From: Cenarchaeum sp. | GTDB taxonomy: Archaea > Thermoproteota > Nitrososphaeria > Nitrososphaerales > Nitrosopumilaceae | Reading direction: 5' to 3' | NCBI GenBank assembly: GCA_965242695.1 | Contig: CBDESU010000001.1 | Coordinates: forward strand, 2,148,537-2,212,536 | DNA length: 64,000 bases | In this document: positions 51,401-59,900 of the stretch, in pieces | How positions within the stretch are numbered: the stretch's first letter is position 1 | How the letters are laid out: every line of letters starts with the position of its first letter | Program-made: the position numbers and the translations under genes | The notes under the pieces: model-generated | What the model was told of the DNA's origin: nothing | The model's input: the letters and a program-made list of their open reading frames with translations, nothing else | The model's database searches: none

Positions 51401-53687
51401 CCTAGACAGGACAGTTTACCCTGTTCCGTTTGGGACTCCTGCCAACTTTGCAGGACAGAACCTGCAGGGCGCGTCGATTTTCCCGATCCATGCGACGGGA
51501 ATCCTCAACAACCAGCTTGTACCCGGCACTTACATTCCCAACGGAGACCTTACGATCCACGTGCGCATCAACGATCCGGACTTTGATGTCTCGGCCAGCG
51601 GCGAGGACTCGATTGCGGTAAACGTGCCACGCGGCATGCAGACTGCATCGAGCCCGAACCTTGAGCACGGCCCACTCAAAGTCACGATATCGAGGGGCGC
51701 ATCGTCGGTGATCGTGGCGACCGCCGGCGGCGAATCGTCCAACGACGGCCGCATTACCACCTTGGGAGCCACGACTTCCGTCCAGAACGGCCAGCTTGTC
51801 ACTACACTGTTTGATGACGTCAGGGTCTACGATCCAAACCTGAAATATCCTAACAACACAGAAATTCCGCGCACTCTGCAGCCTATAACTAGGGAACTTG
51901 GGCCGATCACCGAGATCGCGCCCGACGCGGGCATATTCGAGCTCGACCTGACCCTGAGGTACACCGATGGGCCGGCTGGGCCGCAATGCCCGAACACTGT
52001 CAACTTTGACGGACTCGGCGGCAGAGCCGACGGCAACACGGCGGACGTAAGGTTCACCGATACTGTGTCCCGCCACTGCATACAGCAGGGCGACATCATC
52101 ACCGTAGAGTACACCGACCCGACCGACTCGTCGGGCAATCCGAACACCGTGACCGACTCGGCCACGTTCGACCTGCGCAACGGCGTCCTCCAGTCCGACA
52201 AGTCCGTCTACATCATCGGCCAGGACATGATCCTGACGCTGATCGAGCCGGACCTCGACCTGGAGAGCGACGAGGCCGAGACGTACGATCTCGACCTGAT
52301 CGAGTGGGACTCTGACGCGGCCGGCCTTACCATGGGCAACATCGGCGGCGGCAACTTCGATCCCGAGCCTTCCGACCTGAGGGAGACCGGCGACAGCACT
52401 GGAATATTCCAGGTTGTAGTCGAGATACCCGAGGCGTTCGGCAACAACCGCGTAGAGCGGGGCGAGGAGATCGAACTGGAGTACATCGACTACGGGCCGT
52501 CCGGAGCCGACTACGTCGGCGACGACACCGAGGACATCAACCTGACCGTCTTCACCTCCAACTTTGGGGCAACGATCGAGCTGGACCAGAAGGTCTACAC
52601 GTGGACCGACAAGGTCTACATTACGATCGTCGCGCCCGACCACAACTTCGACTCGGACCTTGTCGACGAGATCGGCGAGACGCCTAACGACCCGATCAGG
52701 GTCTCTACGCGTAGCGCCGAGCTCGAACGCTACCGCCTCGTCGAGACTGGAACCGACACCGGCATATTCGCCGGCGAGGTGATCCTGACCGGCTTTGCCC
52801 ACGACGCGGACGGCGACACGACCACGGGTGACCGTGGACTTGATGTTGTCGACACGGAGGCATCCGGCAGCGGTCCGACCGACGGCAAGCTTCCGACGGG
52901 CGACGACGACGGCATTACCGTGTCGTTCGAGTTCTCCGAGGACGAGACCGTCGTGCAGACGGCGCTTGTGCGCTGGAGCATCGGCGAGGTGCAGTGGCTA
53001 GAGACCAGCTACCCGGCCCAGGGCACGGGCATCGTCAGGGTCATCGACCCCGACATGAACCTAGACCCCGAGGCCGTAGACAACTTCGGCATCGACGTGT
53101 ACTCGGACTCGGACTCGGGAGGCATCGACCTCACCGTGACCGAGACCAACGAGGCCACGGGCGTGTTCGAGGGGACGGTCTTCTTCACCACGACGGACGA
53201 GTCGTCGGGCCACAGGCTGCGCGTCGCCGAGGGCGACACGATCACGGCCGAGTACACCGACGGCACGCTCCCGAACCCGTACAGCACCAACGACGACATT
53301 GACGTGACGGCAGCCGCAATCATCGGCACGATCGTGCCTCCGCTCGAGAGGGCGCCGGTCTCGAACGCCCGGGTAGTCGATTCCTTCGGGAACACGCTAT
53401 CCTCGGTGTCCGTGGACCAGCAGGTGCAGATAACGGCCGACGTGATCAACGGGCAGGACCGGACGCAGTCGTTCGCGTACCTTGTCCAGATACAGGATGC
53501 CAACGGCGTCACCGTCTCGCTCTCGTGGATAGAGGGCTCGCTCAATCCGGGCCAGTCCCTCTCGCCAGCGCAGTCTTGGACGCCCGACATGCCAGGCTCG
53601 TACACCGCAACGGTGTTCGTCTGGGAGTCGGTCGACAACCCGACCGCGCTGTCTCCGCCGGGCACCGTAACGGTCAACGTAAGGTAG
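48492..53687 (+). CDS. S-layer glycoprotein, copy 3
   Basis: Paralog of copy 1; no TATA box upstream. Confidence 0.9.
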   Translation: MVSKTARNGHAVTSIILATIMVAGGVTFAIPGAIPEAAAQTPNDNLYVSAENSAFDNVFSGLNVVEVVVRDSDINFRGDRDDDPSAEPRVEVDGDQLRMVQGNDGNWYGYFAAANVMDADTNDGNGLDYGTYCSTSDLNNDRITGSDGAYVESVIRGDFASTAGVFLKGTLEYDIPGTDCDGTADRNLQNVIRTTKIVSNTVPDGVNIGSVTLGAEAMWPFIQVYSFDDESDIDVEYQKGGDKQIVTLYYDSDPDEYGTGLELGRDRYPQGGGIIMTMTDLAMNVDPTDEDTWTFDTTGNQAAYYRIFNDDGERQYPGMPRTDDNLNDAVDRELQGIDDNLYLTIDRNAENAENPAVEIKRQKDGNQNDGLTIAEINSAGGVAAMEHIVTFIETGSNTGVFTNTDSDSDTPNILVSENAERGTSAVVDHNDSSQSIVVGSSFATITLDDDAVGGVWNSGEEIPVTLTDADINRKAMADEDIDVSDSTFTIIPSVRIGSPITLAGTINGDKGMVTIGTSTMPNKMMLNFSDNDNDNDDQFTVDAFSDVARLNPPAMTTDDIVTFKAVTTGKELLSFLKNDTAQPADMVNIKPKPATFQFLNFDVGSIGKVSSVMFQWKNTTDSEVQNQEIKNQKGESITGSDGLVDITNVTLTNIADTDTAQVDIVLDFASTDFKKGDAYPVVVDLFSFGQKGDGVAPGDRINNAIYRLELEESGDNTGVFEGTMEYIMLNQINVRQASTYEDIDPISDAVVMIVHNDMTDEDSVRVNYLDLGADGVATQIADQVEAPTTSGSVSFDADNYKVADTVTVTLEDADMNTAVETIEIYTVVTQTYASKNADGKDITVNDPAFDMVGVGEYGRAGGIASGDALGRVLDITFDDQLWLKGCGISGDNGLASTGFTLIETGADTGVFTGDFQIPLQYCHRVGNTMEARSTTGVDMEVNYVDYRDASGETIEVGDSAGVRANTGSVNLDRTVYPVPFGTPANFAGQNLQGASIFPIHATGILNNQLVPGTYIPNGDLTIHVRINDPDFDVSASGEDSIAVNVPRGMQTASSPNLEHGPLKVTISRGASSVIVATAGGESSNDGRITTLGATTSVQNGQLVTTLFDDVRVYDPNLKYPNNTEIPRTLQPITRELGPITEIAPDAGIFELDLTLRYTDGPAGPQCPNTVNFDGLGGRADGNTADVRFTDTVSRHCIQQGDIITVEYTDPTDSSGNPNTVTDSATFDLRNGVLQSDKSVYIIGQDMILTLIEPDLDLESDEAETYDLDLIEWDSDAAGLTMGNIGGGNFDPEPSDLRETGDSTGIFQVVVEIPEAFGNNRVERGEEIELEYIDYGPSGADYVGDDTEDINLTVFTSNFGATIELDQKVYTWTDKVYITIVAPDHNFDSDLVDEIGETPNDPIRVSTRSAELERYRLVETGTDTGIFAGEVILTGFAHDADGDTTTGDRGLDVVDTEASGSGPTDGKLPTGDDDGITVSFEFSEDETVVQTALVRWSIGEVQWLETSYPAQGTGIVRVIDPDMNLDPEAVDNFGIDVYSDSDSGGIDLTVTETNEATGVFEGTVFFTTTDESSGHRLRVAEGDTITAEYTDGTLPNPYSTNDDIDVTAAAIIGTIVPPLERAPVSNARVVDSFGNTLSSVSVDQQVQITADVINGQDRTQSFAYLVQIQDANGVTVSLSWIEGSLNPGQSLSPAQSWTPDMPGSYTATVFVWESVDNPTALSPPGTVTVNVR
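48525..48560 (+). other. Putative recombination core, copy 3
   Basis: Identical to 9169-9204. Confidence 0.55.
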
Positions 53688-53704
53688 ACGACAAAAGATA
53701 CTAG

Positions 53705-53750
53705 TTTCACTTTCCTTTTTTCATTTTTTTAAATCCTTCTTCGTGGGGGA
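53705..53750 (+). terminator. T-rich terminator after S-layer copy 3
   Basis: Poly-T runs after the stop codon. Confidence 0.6.
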
Positions 53751-54317
53751 TGCTGTGCCCCCACATGCACGTCATGTTTGATATGGGCCAACTGTGAGAT
53801 ACATGATGTTGCCAAGTCGTTGACCTGCCCAGTCTCGGGAAGTGCCCCGCTGCCTGTTGACGAGTCCCGACCGGCCACCGCACCGCTGTCGCTGCCCCCT
53901 GACGAGGGCAGCGGGCGGAATACCGTCGAGTGTCGATCTATATGGCATCCGGACATGTCGTGCCTTGTCAAGCGGCGCACGGCCGCGGATGATCCGTTGG
54001 TTATCCGTCCCCCGCTTAGCAGGCGCAGTGTAGGTTGGTTCCGATCGACAATGGCGGTGCACGACCACCGCATGCCTCCGAGAGTCCCGTTGTCCCTGCA
54101 CCCGGTAAGAGACCGACATGAACGCAACCGTTCCGCCGCTATAGGGGGCAGGCCGCCTGTTCGGACGCCTGTCGGGACGTTTGTCGCCGAGTGCACCCCG
54201 CCTGTCCCCGACCCCTAGGCGCCGTGCGTTCCCGTGCTGGCGCGCGGGCTTGCACGGCTTGTGATTTTTCGTCCTGCCGGGCGCCAGGGCCCTGATGGCG
54301 CCCGTGCCATGTGCATG

Positions 54318-55103
54318 TCATCTGCTACCAGGTACCGCTGCGCGGGCGGTGGCCGCCCATGCGGCCGCCGCATTGCCTGCAGCTGTGGCGAATTCAGTCC
54401 ATGCATCCGCCGCCGCGGACGTTTCCTTCGCACCGGCATCCGCCGCCGCCGCTGCGTCCTTCATCGCCGCTATTGCCTGCTTATCTGCCTCGGCCGCATC
54501 GGCGGCCACCGGAACCAGGTCTATCCGCACCCCCGCACTCGCCGCCGCCGCCGCATGCATGGCCGCGGCGGCGGCGGCGGCCGCAACCGACGCTGCGCGG
54601 GATGCCGCCGCATCAGCCGCCTGCTCATCCGCCGCTGCGCGGGATGCCGCTGCCGCTGCGCGGGATGCCGCTGCCGCTGCCGACGCATCCGCCTCTTCCT
54701 TTGCCGCCGCCGCCTGCGCGTCAGCGGCCCGCACCGCGGCCTGCTCTTCCTTCGCCGCCGTCCCGTGCGCGCTTGCCCGCGTTATCGCCGCCGCCGCCGC
54801 GTGGCGCGCATTGGATCGCAGTTCATACTCCGCCGCTTGTCGCTCGTACTCCGCCGCCGCCTTGTACGCCACCACTGCCAGTTCGTGCGCCATTGCCGCG
54901 CGGCCATCGGCTAGACGCGCCGCGCGGCCATCGGCTAGACGCGCCGCACCGGCCATGTCGTCAGCAACCGCCCGGTGCGCGACGGCCCGTTCGTATGCCG
55001 CCGTTGCCCTATGCGCCGCTACTGCCGCCCGGTGCGCGACGGCGGCCGCCGCCGCCCATGCCGCCGCTGCGCCACCCGCCAACGCATCTGCCGCTAATGC
55101 CAT
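54318..55103 (-). CDS. Ala-rich low-complexity helical protein
   Basis: TTAAAA about 25 bp upstream of ATG; internal 21-bp and 24-bp repeats. Confidence 0.45.
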   Translation of the reverse strand: MALAADALAGGAAAAWAAAAAVAHRAAVAAHRATAAYERAVAHRAVADDMAGAARLADGRAARLADGRAAMAHELAVVAYKAAAEYERQAAEYELRSNARHAAAAAITRASAHGTAAKEEQAAVRAADAQAAAAKEEADASAAAAASRAAAAASRAAADEQAADAAASRAASVAAAAAAAAMHAAAAASAGVRIDLVPVAADAAEADKQAIAAMKDAAAAADAGAKETSAAADAWTEFATAAGNAAAAWAATARAAVPGSR

Positions 55104-55216
55104 CAAAGTGCCGCATGGGTTGTATGTTTTAACCTTGACGCTGTGCCCGCGTGCTCGCATGCGGTGCAGTTTGAGCACCATGTTTGGACTGCAGGTTGGC
55201 GGCACCTAGATGATTG

Positions 55217-55618
55217 TCACTGTGCCGCTTGCATGGGCATGCGGCATTCTCTTGTCGCCGCACGTGCCTCGTCTGCCGCCGCCCGCGCCGCCCGCGCGGC
55301 GGCGCGGGCGGCCTCTATTATGCCGGCGTCGGCGGCGGGTGGTGACCCGCGAGACGGCGCGGCAACATAAAGGGCGGCCTGTTCGGCCTCGTCGGCGGCC
55401 TGTTCGGCCTCGTCGGCGGCACTCTTGGAGTTCCGCCACGCCAGGTGCGCGACGGCCTGTTCGGTGCGCTCAATGCTGGCGTCGATGGTCTTGCCGCTGC
55501 CGAGTGTTATCATCATCTCAACGGCGCGCGTTGCGGCGGCGGCTGATGCGGCAGCGACCCCATATGCGGTCGCACGGTCCGTAGCATCTTTGGCCGCGGC
55601 GCGCCGCGCGTCGTCCAT
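55217..55618 (-). CDS. Ala-rich helical protein
   Basis: TTAAGTA about 25 bp upstream; AADEAEQ x2 repeat. Confidence 0.45.
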   Translation of the reverse strand: MDDARRAAAKDATDRATAYGVAAASAAAATRAVEMMITLGSGKTIDASIERTEQAVAHLAWRNSKSAADEAEQAADEAEQAALYVAAPSRGSPPAADAGIIEAARAAARAARAAADEARAATRECRMPMQAAQ

Positions 55619-55945
55619 GCCGCGCGCACGCGCCGACGCTACTTAACTGCTTCGGCCCGCGCGGCCGCATGTGCGGAGGGCTTTGGGCTTACGCACTTGT
55701 GCCCGGCGGGCGCCCCGGCGCCCGCGGCGGCCATCCGCATGCTCCTTCAACGGGCCGCCGCCCGCTACCTGTCCTCCGCTCCGCCTCTGGGGTGCCGCAC
55801 CCGTGCCGGCAGGTGCGTCCCGAGGGTGCCGAACGGGCGCCAACGCTTAGCGGCTCCAGACAGCATTAAAAACACCCGTAGGCCGCCTGCTCGCGATGGC
55901 GGGCCAGCACAGCTGGGGCGAGGCTGGTCCCGGGGGCGATCAGAC

Positions 55946-56353
55946 ATGGGCGACATGGGCGCGATCACCACCAGCCTTCACCTCGCCTCAGAGCTCCTCC
56001 GGCCGTACATGGCGACCCTAAAAGATGCCAGGTCGCGCGGCGGCTTTACAGAGCGGCAGGACGAAGTCCAGAGCCTCTTGGACGTCCTCGTTCCGATGAG
56101 CCTCCACCTCCGGGACATGTCCTGCTTTAACCTTGGCATTGACGGCGAGAGGATGTCAGAATTCCTGCGCCGCCGTCACCGCGAGGGCTGGCCTGCAGCT
56201 AGGGACGACATCATCTCGCTCGCCTTGAGGCTCGAAAAAAGCGGCGGTTCCAAGGCGGCCCTCTCGGGGAAGGATATGTCCGTCCTTGACGGCGTGGCCG
56301 TGTCCCTCGACAGTGTGTGCTCGTATCTGTACAGGAAGACGCGCCGGAGATGA
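55946..56353 (+). CDS. Hypothetical protein
   Basis: Normal amino-acid composition; ATGA overlap with a short downstream ORF (56350-56559). Confidence 0.5.
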   Translation: MGDMGAITTSLHLASELLRPYMATLKDARSRGGFTERQDEVQSLLDVLVPMSLHLRDMSCFNLGIDGERMSEFLRRRHREGWPAARDDIISLALRLEKSGGSKAALSGKDMSVLDGVAVSLDSVCSYLYRKTRRR

Positions 56354-56854
56354 ACGTGGAATATCTGAGGCGCACGATCCGCGATCAGATCGACAGGGCG
56401 CAGTCGCTAGCGGATGGGATCCCGCGCAGGTCCGGGCATGCCGTCTTGGGGCGCTTGGCCGCCTCGTGCAGGGCCGCACTGGAAGGGGGGGGGCGCAGCC
56501 GTTCAACGCCGGAACACGCCCACTGGCGCATGAATGCGGGCGCTGCGGATGAAGGATGAGGAGATGCGATGGTACGGGTGTGCAGTGATCCCCTGCTAGA
56601 GTACGACCACGCCTTTCCGCCTCTGACGGCCGAGAGGCTGCCGAGTCTGTAATTCCGGTTCGGCCGATCGGGCCGAGAGCTATTCCAACGAGAAGGACGC
56701 AAGACAGGGACTGCCACATGCCGTCTCCCTTTTGAACAATGCCGGCGGGGTTTTCCAGGGCGAGGGTGACGCGGACTTCAGTCCTGAACAGAAACTCGTC
56801 GCCAAGCCGCCCCCTGCACCACATCCATGTGCATCACAGGCGGGGGCACAGCAT

Positions 56855-56900
56855 CCCCCACAAAGAAGGATTCAAAAAAATGAAAAAAGGAAAAGTGAAA
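56855..56900 (-). terminator. T-rich terminator after S-layer copy 4
   Basis: A-rich on the + strand; same block as after the other copies. Confidence 0.6.
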
Positions 56901-56920
56901 CTAGTATCTGTGTGTGTTGT

Positions 56921-59900
56921 CTACCTTACGTTGACCGTTACGGTGCCCGGCGGAGACAGCGCGGTCGGGTTGTCGACCGACTCCCAGACGAACACCGTTG
57001 CGGTGTACGAGCCTGGCATGTCGGGCGTCCAAGACTGCGCTGGCGAGAGGGACTGGCCCGGATTGAGCGAGCCCTCTATCCACGAGAGCGAGACGGTGAC
57101 GCCGTTGGCATCCTGTATCTGGACAAGGTACGCGAACGACTGCGTCCGGTCCTGCCCGTTGATCACGTCGGCCGTTATCTGCACCTGCTGGTCCACGGAC
57201 ACCGAGGATAGCGTGTTCCCGAAGGAGTCTACCACCCTGGCGTTCGAGACCGGCGCCCTCTCGAGCGGAGGCACGATCGTGCCGATGATTGCGGCTGCCG
57301 TTACGTCAATGTCGTCGTTGGTGCTGTACGGGTTCGGGAGCGTGCCGTCGGTGTACTCGGCCGTTATCGTGTCGCCCTCGGCGACGCGCAGCCTGTGGCC
57401 CGACGACTCGTCCGTTGTGGTGAAGAAGACCGTCCCCTCGAACACGCCCGTGGCCTCGTTGGTCTCGGTCACGGTGAGGTCGATGCCTCCCGAGTCCGAG
57501 TCCGAGTACACGTCGATGCCGAAGTTGTCCACGGCCTCGGGGTCTAGGTTCATGTCGGGGTCGATGACCCTGACGATGCCCGTTCCCTGTGCCGGGTAGC
57601 TCGTCTCTAGCCACTGCACCTCGCCGATGCTCCAGCGCACTAGCGCCGTCGTCACGACGGTCTCGTCCTCGGAGAACTCGAACGACACGGTAATGCCGTC
57701 GTCGTCTCCCGTCGGAAGCTTGCCGTCGGTCGGGCCGGTGCCGGACGCTGGGGTGTTGACGATGTCGTAGCCGTTGGTGCCCGTTGTGGTGTCGCCGTCC
57801 GCGTCGTGGCTGAAGCCGGTCAGGATCACCTCGCCGGCGAATATGCCGGTGTCGGTGCCCGTCTCGACCAGGCGGTACTGCTCGAGCTCGGCGCTCCTCG
57901 TGGAGACCCTGATCGGGTCGCTAGAGGTCTCGCCGATCTCGTCGACGAGGTCCGAGTCGAAGTTGTGGTCCGGCGCGACGATCGTGATGTAGACCTTGTC
58001 GGTCCATGTGTAGACCTTCTGGTCCAGCTCGATAGTCGCACCAAAGTTGGAGGTGAAGACGGTCAGGTTGATGTCCTCGGTGTCGTCGCCAACGTAGTCG
58101 GCGCCAGACGGGCCAAAGTCGGTGTACTCGAGCTCGATCTCCTCGCCCCGCTCTACGCGGTTGTTGTTGAACGCCTCGGGTATCTCGACTACAACCTGGA
58201 ATATACCAGTGCTGTCGCCGGTCTCCCTCAGGTCGGAAGGCTCGGGGTCGAACACGGCGCCGCCGCCAAGGTTGCCCATGGTAAGGCCGGCCGCGTCGGA
58301 GTCCCACTCGATCAGGTCGAGATCGTACGTCTCGGCCTCGTCGCTCTCCAAGTCGAGATCCGGCTCGATCAGCGTCAGGATCATGTCCTGGCCGATGATG
58401 TAGACGGACTTGTCGGACTGGAGGACGCCGTTGCGCAGGTCGAACGTGGCCGAGTCGGTCACGGTGTTCGGGTTGCCCGACGAGTCGGTCGGGTCGGTGT
58501 ACTCTACGGTCAGAATGTCGCCCTGCTGTATGCAGTGGGTCGGAACGTTGTCGGTAAACCTGTTCTGGGCTGCAGTGCCGTCGCTACCGTCGAGCGCCTG
58601 GAAGACGCTCGTTGTCGGACACTGCGAGCCGGACGGCCCGTCGGTGTACCTCAGGACCAGGTCTAGCTCGAATATGCCCGCGTCGGGGGCGATCTCGGTG
58701 ATTGGACCAAGTTCCCTCGTCATGGACTCGCCGGTAGAGACTATCTCGTTGAGCGTGACTTGCCGCGATATGAACTGCGCCGGATCGGTGTCCGGAACCT
58801 GTTCTATGATGTTGGCAGTGCCCAAGGTCGTGATTCGTCCATCGTTAGCCTCTGGACCGCCCGCAGTGCCGACTATGACGCTGGATGCGCCCCTCGAGAC
58901 CGTAATCTTGAGAGGCCCATGCGTGCTCACGCCGTTGCGTTCTACGGTCGTCTCTATCTTGTCCTCGCCGCTTGCCGAGACATCAAAGTCCGGGTCGTTG
59001 ATGCGCACGTGGATTGTCAGGTCGCCGTTGGGCAGGAACGTGCCCGCCGCGGGCCAAGTTCCGAGCCCGGTCGCGTGGATCGGGAACACGGATGCGCCCT
59101 GAGGCGGGTTGCCGCCGTAGTCGGCCGGTACGCCGAACGGAACCGGGTATACGGTCCTGTCTAGGCTCACCGTGCCGGTGTTGGCCCTGATGCCGGCGCT
59201 GTCGCCGACCTCTAGGGTCTCGCCAGAGGCGTCGCGGTAGTCAACATAGTTGACCTCCATGTCGACGCCGGTGGTGGACCTGGCCTCTGCCGCGTTGTTG
59301 CCAAGCCTGTGGCAGTACTGCAACGGGATCTGGAAGTCGCCGGTAAAGACGCCCGTGTCAGATCCCGTCTCGATCAGCGTAAAGCCGGTAGCGCCGAGGC
59401 CGTTGTCAACACTGGCATCTATTGGAGTTCTATCCTCCCCTAGGGCGGGATCTCCAACCATGCAGCCTTCGAGCCACAGCTGGTCGTCGAACGTAATGTC
59501 CAAGACGCGGCCGAACGACTCGCGGGCGCTGTTGAGGCCGTAGCCGTCAACGCCGACCATGTCATATGCCGGATCGTCAGGGGTGTCCACAACGGTGTAG
59601 ATCTCGATCGTCTCGACATCTACGTTGAGGTCGGCATCTTCCAGCGTCACGGTGACCGTGTCGGCCACCTTGTAGTTGTCGGCATCGAACGAGACCGAAC
59701 CAGATGTCGTCGGAGCCTCTACCTGGTCGGCGATCTGCGTCGCAACGCCATCGGCGCCCAGGTCTCGGTAGTTGACGCGCACAGAGTCCTCGTCGGTGAG
59801 GTCGTTGTGCACTATCAGGTTGATCGTGTCGCTGATCGTGTCAAGGTTATCTAGGTATGTGTTGCGATCGCGGACGTTGATCTGGTTGAGCATCGTGTAC

